Part shown: one piece after another, positions 38,313 through 52,631 of the stretch
How the letters are laid out: the number at the start of each line of letters is the position of its first letter
Position numbering within the stretch: position 1 is the stretch's first letter
DNA from: Girardia tigrina
Taxonomy: Eukaryota
Length of the DNA: 59,924 nt
Reading direction: 5' to 3'
Assembly: GCA_001938485.1 (NCBI GenBank)
Contig: MQRK01206452.1
Coordinates: forward strand, 1-59,924
Translations under genes and position numbers: made by a program
Notes under the pieces: generated by a model
What the model saw: the letters and a program-made list of their open reading frames with translations, nothing else
Databases searched by the model: none
What the model was told of the DNA's origin: nothing

Positions 38313-40564
38313 TTTTTATATTATGCGAACTTTGTTTACCTTTCTATTGTTTTTTATTGAATAGATTGATTTGATTCTTTTTTATTATTTTTTTATTAAT
38401 TAATTGCAAATTAACTTTTCGGTTTCCAAATCTTTTTGCCCACAAACTAACTCATTGTCTGTTAGACAATTGTGTAAATATAAAATATAATGAGAAAATT
38501 ACAAGCAAATCGAAATCGCTGATGGCACATGTGAACAGCTTTACTATTTATGAGTGGCTTTTGAAAACAAATCAGAAAAGAGAAGTAAGTTAATATGTAA
38601 ATATTAATGTAAAAATTTGATCGAAAAAAATTTTTTAAGATCCCTAATTGGGAAAAAACGGAAAATTCGGAGTTCCCGAACAATATTAATTGCAAGATAT
38701 CTACTTATAAATTATAAGTAGTTTATATTAATTTTTAATGTGTTTTTTTAATTAAAATTTTTAATTTTAAAATCTTTGTCGGCAAAGTAGAGTTCTGTCT
38801 GCATAAAGAATGGATATAAAAAATTAATTTTTTGATTTACTAGTTAACTAATTTAAAATAATTTTCAGACAATAAACGGTGAAACATTCAGGCGCTAGAT
38901 ATTCATTTTTTTATGTTAAACTTAATCCAGTTCGAAGAGTTGTAATCGAGATTTGAATTTAGGTTCGATTCGTCGTGACTTTATGTATAATAGCAATTGG
39001 TATCAAAAATCACTGCAAACCCGTTTCTGAGAGAGAATCATTGTATATTTCGACGAAGATTGAGGTGATAGTAGATTAACGCTCTTCAAAGTTTAAAATC
39101 ACTGAAAATTGACAGAAATCATGTTTTTGTAGAAAGTCTCTTATTTTTATTCTTTTCTTTAGCGAATGAACATTCCATACTTGTTGTAAATGCATTTAAG
39201 TTTAACAATAAATGAAAGATATAAAAAGTTGTAAAGTCCTTTAGAAATTCCTATTTGTTGATGTTAATTCCTGAAGAAACTACCATGTGGACATTCTGTT
39301 TCTATTGTGTTGATGAGAACGTTATGGTATAGCAAATGAATATTTCCAATGTATTAAAAAATTAGTTTTGACCTAAAGTATTGAAAAATAGGAATTCAAT
39401 TTATTGGTTGCGCGAGGTAATTTGTTAATAATTTATATTATTAGTACAAATATTATTATTTACCTAGGGAACCACAAAGAATGCGTGCAATCAATTTTTG
39501 AGTCTATTTTCTTATGAAATTTAAATATTTCGTTTTGAAAGATATATATTGCCACCAGAAATTATAAGTTAAATGCTTCTACCCCGCTGTTGCCTATAAT
39601 AGCTGAATTTAACTATGGTCATGTATGACCTTTATAAGATTAAATACAGTAACAGTTGATGATAATATCTTAAAAAATCAATCTCGTTTTGAATAATAGT
39701 GGTATAAAATATTTGTGTTCAGATTGCAAATATATCTGTTGAACGTTAATCAAACATTTTGTATGAAAATGTTGTGGTGTTGTAATGTAATGTGTTGTAA
39801 TGAACTGATGAGAGACACTTTCTTTTAAAAAATATTGGTTTTATTTAACAACAATTTTTTGTATGAAAAAATGTTAATAACTTAGTTGCAAAGACTTAAG
39901 AAGCTTTTCCTGACACAGGATTGTAAAAATAAAAGTTGAAGCAAAAAATGAAGTGTAAGTCTACAGATAAATTATATATTGTTCGGGTCTTTAAATTAAA
40001 ATTTGAAAATTTAAAAAGTATATTGAAAATTTTCAAATAATTTTTGATAAGAAATTAAAAATTGTCTGTAAATTTATTATAGTAATTATAAAATCATTAT
40101 ATGATTATTTTGATAATTGATAAACAATTCTATAAGATGTGTTAACATATCAATTTCTAAACTCGTAAATTTTTTCTGTATATATTAAAAAATTGATTGG
40201 AAAGCTTTATAAAATAACAAGATCTTGATTATAGATTGAGTGCTATTCTCAAAATACAATAGTAACTGGATAGTAACCATTTTAAGAAAGTAGTAGCAAT
40301 CTTAAGAGTTAATGAACCCATTCATACTAAGAACTATTTTTTAAGTTAAACACATGTATTTAACTTGTAATAGTTCCTGAAACAGTACCACGAAACCGTT
40401 AAAGAACGCTATGTTAGATTGTTTATAAATATGTGAGAATAATTAATAACTATTTATTTATGAATTAAAATACATGTAGTTATTTATATCAATATCATAT
40501 TGTATCAAATGATTCTGAATACATAAAACTCCTGAGATTGTTTAAATCAATCAGTGTAATTCGT

Positions 40565-41160
40565 AAGCCAATAGTACTGATTTATGTGAAGTGTCCTTTT
40601 GATAAGAAGGAGAACTTGGACAATGCGTACAGGGACAACTTGTCTAAGTACAAACCTCTCCGTGATGCAATTAAAGATAAATACCGTGATCACACAGTTT
40701 TGCTTTACACATTTGTTGTAGGTGCTCTTGGCACATGAATCCCTGCCAATAGCAAACCACTAGATGCCGTTTTCCTATGAGACAGAGAAAAGGCCATTGC
40801 GATTGCCTCTGTCCGATCAAACATCCGATGGTCTGCAAAAATGTGGAAAGCCTTCTGTGATGGACGTGATGCGCACGACTTGTTGGAGTTTCGTGATCCT
40901 AAACACAATCCTAGAGATACTCTTCTACTCCAGGAAGAGGCTGTGTTAGACGAGGAAGATTCTGTAGACGAATTGTGAGTTCATGTTTGAACTTCACGGC
41001 ACACTCCTATCTTGGTTAGATGTACTTGAAAAAACTGAAGTATTGAGCTCACATGCAGTGGGCACCGACTAGCGAACCATGCCGCGGCAGAAAAAAAACA
41101 GCCAACAAACAATCAGATAAAGTCCCGTCTGGGCAATTGTAAAATTTTAATAATAATAAA
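40565..41160 (+). mobile_element. 5'-truncated RLE non-LTR retrotransposon (NeSL/Utopia/R2-like): endonuclease C-terminus and 3' UTR
   Basis: YVKCPFD...LSKY...FVVGALGT*...SNIRWSAKMW; stop at 40976-40978; GC-richer 3' UTR ending in (TAA)n. Confidence 0.8.
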
Positions 41161-41249
41161 TATTTTTGATTTTTAGACGCGCATTATTTAATTGTGAAAG
41201 AAAATAAACGCTAATCATTTTATTGTATTTTTAAAATGGAAAATTCTTT

Positions 41250-41930
41250 TATGGCGATCACGCCAATTTGGCACCAGCAATATTCGATGGACACGATGAT
41301 TTGGAGCAGTTCATTACCGACTGCCCCAGATTCTTTCAAGTTTTGCAAATTTAGGAATGAATTCAATCGTTATTCGTCAAAGTATTCATCAAATAAGATT
41401 TAATATCTACTTATGAAGCAGTAGATGCGAAAATCACAAATTTCGTGGATCGGTTACGGAAGGCATTTAAACATCCAACATCGTTAATTTAAGATTTGCA
41501 GGAGCTCATGAATTACAGAAAAGGAACCGAAACAGCAATGTTGTATGTCAACAAAATTGAGAAGATGGTAGATAAAGTTTTATGCCACAAATGGAAAAAA
41601 CCGGAGCTTATGACATATTTTTTAACTGACTGTATAGAAGAGGTTAGCGCCAAAACTCAAATTTACCTTCAAGAAGCTAAATCTCAGGATTAAATTAAAG
41701 CAGTTATAGAGAAGATGGACATTATTAAAACAGAAATCAAAGAAGTAGAAGTCGCCTATATCCACAGACGAAAAACCGATTCCGATACACTAAAGGAACG
41801 AACGGTTTTCACAAATAATTTTTAACAACAACATCAACAAAGAAATATTCAAACCAATGACTATAACAGACGGACAATGACGGGATATTCGAGACAAAAA
41901 ACAGGTAACATGGATATGTATTTTCAAATT
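41250..41930 (+). mobile_element. Gypsy gag remnant
   Basis: PAIFDGHDDLEQFI..C..FF and a downstream coiled gag-like sequence with stops. Confidence 0.55.
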
Positions 41931-41939
41931 CACCTGATT

Positions 41940-43170
41940 GTACATGTTAAATATGTCGGAGAGTGATGCAGTTTCAGTAGAAATTTATAGTTCTAGAAAT
42001 AGTTGTTGTAGTTTCTCTCGATTTGTAGAAGTAAGTCTCAGACTTTTCCACGCAGCTCATACAATCTACCCAGTACACACCCCCTTGAAAGCCATCGAAC
42101 TTCTGTATGTGTAATAGTCTCTTGTGCTCATCGTCACAACAAAGTTCTGCAAACATCGAGATATTCAAATTGATCACTTTGATGCAGATTGACATTACTG
42201 TCTCGAGATCTGGAGAGAGCTTCTCGGTAGATAATGCTAGGTGGTGTATGAAGCAATGGATGATTTTGCAATTAGGTGCCATATTCTTCAGTCGAGCATA
42301 GAATCCTTGGTTAATTCCCATCATCACAGCAGCTCCATCTGTACAGCAAGCTACTAAATTTTAATAGATAATCTGATGCAACAGGAAACAATCGTTTACA
42401 GTTGCAAATATGTCTTCTCCCTTTGATGTGGTTGCCAAACAGACCGAGTGAAGGAGATCTTGTTCTATATTTCCATTCTTCGTAACATACCGGACAAAGA
42501 TGAGCAATAATGTCTCGCCAGCAACAGTTATACTTTCGTCCAGTTGAATTGCGAATTTTGTTGAACGAACTTCATTAATCAGTTGTTCTTTGCAATCCAG
42601 CGACATCTCATAAATTCGTTTTTTAACAGTGTCATCAGACAATGGAATACTTCTTATCTTACTAGCCTCATGATCACTACATAACATATGTAACCATCTC
42701 AATACAACAGGGTTTGATCAGATTTTCTGAAATCGTCTGTGACTTTTTACTTTTAGCAATTGCTAAACACTCACGGTAGCATGCTTCAGCAGCTTTTTCC
42801 AAGTCTTTCGTTTGCTTACTAAATACCTTCACAATATTCGGAGGTTTATTGGAGATGTAAAGTTCTTTTTTGCTCTAAAATATAGAAACTGAGCAAATGG
42901 GGAAAAGTGTATTTGTAAGAAAGAACAGACATAGCACCTCAATATACATTCGATCTTGGTTAACTGTTCCTGGATGCTTGCTTTCTTGATGTCGCTTGAG
43001 TTTAGCAAGCTTCATTGCCTCATTGCTCAATAAATCACCACAAAAAAAATATTCCGGCTTCATCTTATCAACTTTAGATTCCATGAAGCCAAACGTCAAA
43101 TATTCCAAACTTTAGCAACGAGTTTTTTCCCTGTCTGTTGCTCAACGCTTTTTCATTGTCAAGGACAGCA
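41940..43170 (-). mobile_element. hAT Buster/Charlie-type transposase pseudogene
   Basis: EYLTFGF...LSNEAMKLAKLKRH (BED finger), IPLSDDTVKKRI, FAIQLDES, CTDGAAVMMG, IHCFIH. Confidence 0.9.
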
Positions 43171-43177
43171 ATTTTTT

Positions 43178-43750
43178 TTACAAGCTTTTATTACGTTTCA
43201 TTTGTTTGTTTGTTTGTTTGTCTGTATGGATCAAATCTTGCGATCGAAATTTCACCCACTTCCCGTTGTGCTAGTGACTTGAAATTTTCAGGAGTGATGT
43301 ATTCTAGATGACAATACACTATTTCTTGAAAATTTTTGAAAAAAAATAATTTTTTAAAATTTCTTTTGCAAAAAACCACTTAAGATTATCTACAAATTTA
43401 TACACTGTATTACATAGCANNNNNNNNNNNNNNNNNNNNNNNNNNNNNNNNNNNNNNNNNNNNNNNNNNTAATTATTACAAGTTTTTATTACGTTTTATT
43501 TGTTTGTCTGTCTGGATGCATCAAATCTTGTAATCGAAAATTCACCCACTTCCCGTTCACCTAGCGACATGAAACTTTCAGGACTGATGTATTCTAGGTG
43601 ACAATACACTTTTTCACTGTCACTGCTCATCTACCGCCTTTAGTTTGCCTGCAAAAAGTAATTAGTGTCGTTCTCATGTTTTCCTCAGTAGTAGTCTTTG
43701 AAATATGCTACATCTAAATGCAAATGGAAAGCGGGTTTTCGCCTAGTAGG
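43178..43750 (+). mobile_element. Helentron/DINE-like non-autonomous elements (two partial tandem copies around a gap)
   Basis: Repeated ACAAG.TTTTATTACGTTT start, (GTTT/GTCT)n microsatellite, 3' GCGGGTTTTCGC-CTAGT. Confidence 0.5.
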
Positions 43751-44809
43751 CTTTGATAATTCAGTCAAAAAAATGTGGGAAGTGGGTGAAATAGATACAG
43801 AACCGCAAACATATGATAAATTATAAAAGCTTGTACACCAAAAATTTTTTTGGTATGATATTTATTAGTTTATATGATTGATTAGGATTCAAATTACAAA
43901 TGTTATCTAAAAATATCAAGTAATTCCCATTAATCGTTTCAAATAATTGATTGGAGTCTAATTTAATATTTTTAAATGAATTAATGAAATTTTGCTTTTC
44001 AATTATTTTGACTAAATAATTTTAAATTCTTAATTTGAAAATTTACATTACTTTCACTAAAATTAATTTTATCTGATAGTTTAACTAATTCAATATTAAT
44101 TTTATTCAACTTTACATTAAAATTTTGTTCATTATTAGAATTTATATTGGCATTCATACTCAGTCTGTCCGAACTAATACAATTTACCTTCAAAATATTA
44201 GAACTTTCTTTGCATGTTGTTGAATTGATTGTTAATATAAATATTAGCAAAGGAGCCATTAGAATTCACAAATTTTTGTCCGAGTTCATAGTTACTTGCT
44301 CCATTTACCAGCGGCGCACTGACTGAGATATTGTACATTGGTTGAGATAGGATGTTAGATGTTTGAGATGATAAGTTCAAAGGATTAAGCGTAAAGTTTG
44401 AAAACAGATCCTGTGATGATGAATAGGTTTGCATATTCGGATTAATAAAATGACAACTAGAAAATCTAATATTTTGATCTTTTAAATTATAAATTATTAA
44501 ATCTATTAATTTTAAATCTATAAATTATTTAGATTTTTATTAATTAAATATAGAATCTAGATATGATTGAATAGTCAAACACAAAGAGACGAAGGATAAC
44601 TGTCGCTACATGTGAGAAATACTTACACTTTATTCGATATCAGCAAACTCTACTCTAATTGGTTAATAACTTTCAACCGTTACTTCACATCTTCCTACCA
44701 CACTCATCACATTTTAACATACTCCCCTACGCATGCACACTCGCATATTCACTTACTTCTGTTATCAAACAACTTTATTATTCTACTAATATTGTGGACT
44801 CTCAAAACA

Positions 44810-44894
44810 TAGACGGACCCTACCAGTCTGAGGACCCTTTCCAGTGTTTTGTGAACCCCTTTGGGGTCCGTGGACCCCAGGTTAAGAAACACTG
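44810..44894. mobile_element. hAT/Charlie MITE terminus
   Basis: GGGGTCCGTGGACCCC palindrome followed by AGGTTAAGAAACACTG. Confidence 0.6.
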
Positions 44895-45039
44895 GTTTAG
44901 AGTATGATCACATTCTGGTTAACCCACAATATTTTACTAGATACTCAATTATTAATAATTCTTAGTAATAATATTTCTCAATAATTAATTTACCCGTTTG
45001 ATTTCATTGAATGAGTTTAATTGATTTTGTTTAATTGAT

Positions 45040-48000
45040 CTGAGTTTATATTTTAATTAATAATTTAATTATTAATTTAATTATAGCACGGGTGTAGCCA
45101 CGAGTAAGGAATAGAGAGGACTGTCGGAATTTTAGGGGGCTTATTTCGTCATCATTTATTAAAGCGTTACTCTTTTTCAAAAAGTACTCGAACACAATAC
45201 TGATTAAGGAACAGAATTTACAATTTGATTTATTCATTCTTAATGACAACATAACACAAAGTTTGATCAAAAATATTGTAATTTCCAATTTTTGTTTAAG
45301 TTTAAATCTTTGGAAGAATTTTTTCATATTGATACATTTGGCTCGATTTGATTCAAAAGCTATACATATCAAATCGAACTGGCGAGTGTGATTCATCGAC
45401 TGTCTTTCAGGAATGTTAAGGAGAGTTAACATACAGAAAGTGGGTTCGCATATAGCCGTGCTGCATCCAACGGCTTCTTTACTGGCTAGCATTTTGTATG
45501 TTTCTTCAAACGCAACTCGCTGTTCATATTTTGCCTGGCAGGATAAATATAAAACAAAAGATACGCATTGTCTCAGAAGATACTAATAGAAGCATATAAA
45601 ACTCAATTTCACTTGGAAAGCATCTGAATGAGGGTTTTTTATCACAATAGCTCTTAACCACTACCAGCTCTTTCTTTGAGGGGGTGATTATTCAAAAGGA
45701 AACGAAAGGTTTTAATTTGAGGAAGTCTTACTTTTAATTATACTAGATTTATTACAATTATTAACAAAACCAGAAAAAAAAGATACAGAAACAGAAACAC
45801 CAGGGATAAAATGGTCAGCTATTTATAAGAAAAAGAAATAAAATAATTAATACCAATGTTAATACCAATCGTAAACGTTCAAAATGATCTTCTCCCAAAT
45901 AATGGAAAGAGAAATTTCACACAATAGTGATGATAAATTGTCCTTGAAAATAAACTTTTCTGTCAGTTAATATAGGTACAATACCGTTTAGATCGGACGG
46001 AATTTGATATCTTTCTTTCTTCTTTTAACCCAAATACGACTTAAAAATAGATTTAGAATATAACAGTTGATATCGACGGTAATAAGATTTTCTAATTGAC
46101 CAAAAATAAATTGTTTTACAAATACGGTTTTAATTCACCAGACAAAGGTAAGTCTGTTAATAATTATAATAAGTCTCATAAAAATTTAGATTATTAAAAT
46201 TAATAATCAATTCAAATTCAAATTGATTATTTAAATTTAAATTTTATATCTGCATAACTACCCATGGTAGTTATGCAAATCATTAAAAAATAATAATAAT
46301 AATTAAATAATAATACATAATAATAATACATAATATAAATACATAATAATAAATAAAGTAATTATATATAAATGTAGTGTTATTAAATTAAAATTCAAAG
46401 TGAGATGTACAACAGAAACAATGAACGTATGGTATTTTCCTTTGAGGTTTCGCCTGTATATTTGCTTGGAGGCCTCCCGATGATCTTCTAATGCCATCTT
46501 AGCATTGAATCAGCAGATAATTTATATTCAGTTTGTTTACTTTTAGCGTTGTCAGTGTTAAAGCTGTCAGGGACTCTGCATCCGTATTTACAGTATTTTT
46601 GATCAAAAATAAAGATCCCAATGCTTTCCAATCCTTAACATATCGAATTTCAATGGCTATACTTTCTCTATTGCACATGTTTTTGTCCCGTCTTCTAACA
46701 AAGTGTACCATGTAATATCAGCTGTAATTATGTCATTCACAGAATTTTCTCTGACTAACTCAGCCGTATAATATCATTTTGTATTTCCGGTAACAAATAG
46801 TTGGCATTTTTTGGAATGTGTTCATAGTACTGTACCAAACAGGTGTCCTTTTGAATTTTAAATTCAAGCAGATTTCTAAACAGAGAATGTTCTTCCTTTT
46901 CATCAATATAGTAGCATCTTCGTTATGCTAGTTTATTTGAAACAAGAAATTAAATGATGTCATAAAGGGATTGTAAATAGTATCTGTTATCCCAAAGTAC
47001 TTTTCATTCAAAAGAGTTGTTACTGAAAGTCCTTTTTGTTCGCAATAATAATGCCATAAAATCATAGCTGGTCGATGGAATTATGCCACAATGCTTTGGA
47101 AATCTTCTCTCCATGTCCAGAGCTTTTTTCAAATTCACAAGACCTTAAGAAGTAAAAGCTTTTTATTTCCTTTCTTGTAACTGAAAAAACATCAGGGATA
47201 ACAGAGTGCAGTATCTCAATCTTCAGAATACTCCAACCATGGAAATCCTTTAGACCAGAAGTTCTGAAAACTCTAACCGTCTTCGTTTTTAGGATAACTT
47301 CTTTTCTCTGAATTTGCAGAAGAGAGAAGTGGTATTGAAGAATGATGCGAAATAGGTGATACATCAGAGCTGCTTTGTACAGATGACGAAGATGTGAAAT
47401 CCACGTTGTGGATGTCGCAAAAACAATCAAAGAAGCTGGAGAAGGTGGAATGGGTAATTACGATGGGTCTGTTGATGAATTTGCTATATTTAAGCGAAAA
47501 ACAAATTTATCCATTATGATTGTAAGGCAGTTATTAAGAACACCAACATGGCTTTTCAAACTTTTATTTTCATTACAATCAGAATTGTCTTTTGGACAAC
47601 TCTCAGCAAAACTCTCGTCATTCGACATCGTTCTAAATTGATAATTTTTTATTAATGTTTGTTAATAAACAATTATTCGAACAAATATTTCATTATTTTC
47701 TGATTTTATTTTTAATCTTCAATTTTGTAGTTTTAGTATTAATTTTTATTTACATATTAATTTTATTTAAAAATTATTTTATGTAAAGAAAGAACATTTA
47801 ATTAATTCAAAACTTTGTTAAAACTATTTATTTTATTTANNNNNNNNNNNNNNNNNNNNNNNNNNNNNNNNNNNNNNNNNNNNNNNNNNNNNNNNNNNNN
47901 NNNNNNNNNNNNNNNNNNNNNNNNNNNNNNNNNNNNNNNNNNNNTAAAATATCAATTTTCCATCTGGGTGGGAGAAACACATTTCCAAATACTAAACTCA

Positions 48001-48553
48001 ACATACAAAATTCAACAAACCAATTTCAACATACCAAATTTAAAATATTCCTCACAGCAGTAAAAATGTGTAAATGAAACCACTTTCACCATATAAAGCT
48101 ATACACACGTACATACACAATATAATTAATAATTCATGCCCCAGACGTAGATTTATGTGCATGATGATATGTTCTGAGTACCTGTATGTGTGCATTGCAT
48201 TATTATTCTTATATTATTTCTTAATTGTGGTTGGAGTGAATGTTTGAAGTGAAATTATTCTTCTATAACTCCTCTCTCTTTAGTTGTGAATTCCTTTCTA
48301 CTCTTTTCTGTGCTCAGTTATTATAAAGTGTTGGTGTAGAGAAAGAGCTGTATGGGGTGGGTGAATAAGCGGAGTGCTGCTGTAAGAGATAGTGTGATGG
48401 TCTATTGATGTATGCAAATTCATAATGTGTCCGATTATTAATGATTTGAAAGTATAAAAATTCTGTTTCTCATTGCTTTCTTTAAAAAAAGTTCAAGTGA
48501 AATTTTTCACAAGAAATATTTAATGGGGGCTGACATCTTTTCTAGGGGGCTAC
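45040..48553 (-). mobile_element. Fragmented hAT (ZMYM1/DUF4371-type) element, interrupted by other insertions
   Basis: C-terminal CSTAICEPTF (dimerisation-like) at 45046-45492; WLEYS...CYP zinc finger and EIRYV remnants at 46400-47430; AGCCCCC subterminal motifs at 48525-48553. Confidence 0.7.
47532..48056 (-). mobile_element. Solo-LTR-like element (family L) with 5-bp TSD, inserted in the hAT element
   Basis: TGTGAGGAATA...GTGTTCTTAATA; TSD GCAGT at 47527-47531 and 48057-48061; internal N-gap. Confidence 0.85.
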
Positions 48554-49058
48554 AGTTTTGTATTGTATACAAACGTAATATAATTGTATTTTAAAAATAG
48601 TTTTACATAATGAATTTTAAATGAAATTTAAATAACATAAGTTATAAAACCCAAAATGGTTTAATTATAAATCGAATATCTAAATATTTGAAGATTAAAT
48701 AAATATTAAATGTTATTGAAAAATGAGGAAATTTTTTCGAATAATCATTATTAAAAAATCCAGAAATAACACTAATTAGAACGATGGAAAATGGCGACGG
48801 ATCTTCCGAGACTCTAATTTTAATGATACGAATGTTTTCATAATAATTGTGTCAGTACTCTTAACCATTATCCATAACAATATATCTGTATATATTTAAT
48901 GTAACATAAAATAACGTAAATTATAACACAAAACGATGTTTCAAAAATATAAAAATCATTTCAAAATAAAAGATCTTAAGTCTAAATCAAAAAATACAAC
49001 ATTTGAAATTAAAACCTCATAATTATCTGAAATCAATAATAATTAATTCTGATAAATA

Positions 49059-50210
49059 TTGGGTTGGCCAAAAAGTCATTGCGTTTTTTTACTAAAATAT
49101 TTATTATCAAAAAAATGACATGGATGCACAAATATTTTTACACGATATACTGTCCATTATTTTCAATCACTTTCTTCCACCTTTCCGGTAGCTTCATTAT
49201 TCCTGATTCATAAAAACATTTGCCTTTGTCAGCAAAAAAAGCCGTCTAGGAACGATTTGATGTCATCATCACTGGCGAATGTTTTTCTGTTTAAAGAATT
49301 CTGCAGTGATCTAAACAAGTGAAAATCCAATGGGGCCAAGTCTGGAGAATATAGTGGGTGCGGCAAAACCTCCCAACCCAGTGATAAGAGTTTCTGGCGA
49401 GTGGCCAAACTTGTTTGCGGTCTTGCGTTATCATGCTGAATTACAACTCCTTTTCGATTTGCCAATTCAGGACGTTCCTGTTGAATTTAATGAGCCAATT
49501 TTCCAACTGACCACAATATCTGTCTGAATTGATGGTTTCATTCCTCGGAAGGAGTTCAAAAAACACAATTCCTTTAAAGTCCCACCAGACGGAAAGCATA
49601 ACTTTCTTTTGTTGAATTTCTACTTTTGGGATCGTTTTGGCAGGCTCACCACGTTTTGTCCATGATCGGTGGCGTTACACATTGTTGTAAACAATCCATT
49701 TTTCGCCACCCGTAACCAAGCGCTTCAAAAATGGATCACTTTGTTCTCGCTTCAAAAGGGAATCTTAAATGTCTATGCGTTTCACCAAATGAATTTCTTT
49801 CAGTTCATGTGGTAACCACATATCGAGTTTACTGGCGAATCCAAGTTTCTTTAAATGACTTCCAACACTTGATTTTGATATTTCCAGAGTCTCTGCAACT
49901 TCACTTGTCGTCATATGTGGATTAGATTTGATCAGTGCTGTTATTTTGACGCCATCAACTTCAACTGGTCGACCGGAGCGTGGTGCATCTTTCAGATAAA
50001 TTTTTTCAGAACGAAATTTAGAAAACCAGTATTGACACTGTCGACGTTTTAAGGAGTCACTACCATATACAAAACATATCTTCTTATGAGCTTGCACAGC
50101 GGTTTTCCCTTTGCGAAAATAATGCAACAAAACATGACGAAAATGCTCATTTTGATTTTCCATTTCGAATTGACGGTAAAGTAATAAATTAAAACAAAAT
50201 CAATTAATAT
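49059..50210 (-). mobile_element. Mariner element (frameshifted transposase, 5' TIR missing)
   Basis: ORFs 49765-50163 and 49229-49465: WLPHEL, HDNARP, HPLYSPDLAPLDFHLF; TIR TTGGGTTGGCCAAAAAGTC. Confidence 0.95.
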
Positions 50211-50417
50211 GATTTATACGCTCCTGAGTTATAGTTTAATCATTAACTTATATTATTATTTCGAATATTGTTTTAATACTAATTAATTTTGTTTGGTTGA
50301 TTAATTAATTTTTTGTAATTTAATTACTGATGTAATTCGATATATGAACAGAAGGGGTATATAAATTCAACTCACTTTATTAAATAGTTGTCTATGAAAT
50401 ATTCTGAGGATAGTAAT

Positions 50418-51053
50418 TAGGGAATTCAATCCCGGTAGTTGTTCCAATTCCGGGATACCGAAACAATTTTTCCTCCAGTCCCTGTATCCCGGGATCCGGG
50501 ACTTTCGAGATTGATATTTATAAAAAATTAAAATAAGAAAATTATATAAAGAAAAACTTTTTTCCACAAATTATATATTTAATACAACTTAATTCAATTT
50601 AATACAGTCATCCACATGTTGGAAATAAAATTTCAATGAGGTGAGTCTACTAAGAGTATCATCACAAAGTCTGGAGCGAAGCCTTGTCATAAAAAGACCA
50701 CTAACAGAGAAAGCTCGCTCTGCATCAATAGTTGTAAGTGGAATGGTCATTAAGACTTTATATAAAGATTCCAGTCTTTTCCAATGCTGACCAGTCGAAT
50801 GATGAAAAGCCATTTCTCTTTTGATAGTGACTTTCACATTGTCATCAGCTTGAGAATTTGATAAATGATGACACTTTTTCAGCACATCATTCAGCCTTTC
50901 AGCGATAGTGAGTTCCTTTAAAGGTACTTTATCCGCAATGCTAATTTCATCCGTCCCAGACACCAGGTGAAGTTTCTCAGCCAATGTGGTCAGAGTTTCT
51001 ATGATTGGTGTGAGATCAGCATTGTTTGAATTTTGTAATTCCTGTCGAAACAA
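50418..51053 (-). mobile_element. hAT 3' end with dimerisation domain
   Basis: IPLTTIDAERAFSVSG...RSRL; TAGGG terminus with CCCGG/CGGGAT subterminal repeats. Confidence 0.85.
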
Positions 51054-52631
51054 GACATAAATCGTTTACATTAGGACACTTTCTCGGTCTGAGATTCTTT
51101 TTTTATCAATGCATCAATCGCCATGTTATTCTTCTGCTTCTGGAGCTCCTCAATAGCAAAGTTTACACAAGCAATTGCCATATAAATTTTTACTACACTA
51201 TGTCAAATAATAATAATTGTATTTCATTTTCGTAAATTGTATTTCAAAAACTCATAAAATAAAATAAAAGCAATTGTATTTTAAAGAATAAAAATTTCAT
51301 TTCATTTTTAAATTATGATTTACTGTATTACACTGTAGAAAACGTAAATATGTTAACTAAGGTAAAAATTCAATGATAAGAGATATTTCAAAGTTTGAAA
51401 TTAAAGCAAAATTTTATGCAAACAAACATAACGCACCAGATAGAACCCGATTGCAACTGTTTGCAGATGACGGATGGAGAGTTCCGGTTCCCTGAATATC
51501 GAAAGGTGAACCTACCGAGTATGAAAACAGACCAACAGTTATAAAGGGGGGTCACCTACAACCTGAGGGTTCAGAGTCTAGAAAGGGTCTGAGACTCCAA
51601 AGTGTCAACTTAAAACCATAGATAACTCGACATTACTTACAGTGTGGAGAAGGTTCCGATAAATTGGTCATAGAAGAATCCCTAAATAGTTATAATGTTA
51701 GATTGCCAGTAATAAGTTATGAGGTTCTGAAATTGGTCGACAGTAAATGGAAATTTGGATATAAGGTGTTCACGAAACCTAGTTAACGTGTAAGATTTCC
51801 TGAATGATGTTTAACAGGAGTTGTAACGAGTGGTAAGCAACAATTGCGTTGATATCGATTGGGTATCGAGGCATGTGCAGGATATACAACAAGGATTCTA
51901 ACTAAACGACGGAGGGGAATATTGACAATTGTAGACAAAACGAAAACAGACAGCAGCAGTAGCATGTAGGTCGAATGAGAAAAAACCAGGTGAGGGAGAA
52001 AATAGTGTGTGAAGATCAAACACGGAAGGGATATCCCTGGTAGAATGACTGTGTGAAATGGAGTTCAAGTGGGTTCAGTTCAATAAAGTTAATTTTATAC
52101 TTCTAATTTGTATATCGGAACTGAAATCTTTGCTTGTATATTCGGATCTGTAGTGGAAGTCATGAGGTTGTATTGAATTTTAATATATTGTTTGATAGAG
52201 CGTTTGTGAAATACAATATTATTCTTCTGTTTGAGTTAGAAAATTTGTTCGAAACTACAGAGGTCATACGTTTTCGTGGAACATTATAATTTCTTTATGT
52301 TCTGCAATTAAAAGTGGAACAGTATAATTTCTTTATGTTCTGCAATTAAACTCGAGTTTTTTTGTAACTTTCGGTGATCTATAGCAATCTGAGCACAATA
52401 CATATCAGCAGTAATGACTTGTTCTCGTAAAGTCTACCAAAATATCATCATAATCTTTCTTTGGAATTGTTTCTGGGGCTCCCCTGTGCTCAATCCAATG
52501 GCTTAATCTTCCGGGATTGTTATAGGTCCACTGTTAGTCACAGGTGACAATTGGATCAATGAAAGGATTTCTGCCTACTGATAAAATTCAACAATTGTAG
52601 ATGGTAAATTGAGTCCTTATCTTGTTTTCAC

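Noticed and set aside
39805-39830. CTGATGAG as a hammerhead core
   Set aside because: No stem II followed by GAAA.
47960-48056. Family L 5' hairpin as a let-7-like miRNA or H/ACA snoRNA
   Set aside because: Only UGAGG is shared with let-7, there are no H/ACA boxes, and the hairpin starts exactly at the TSD-defined element end.
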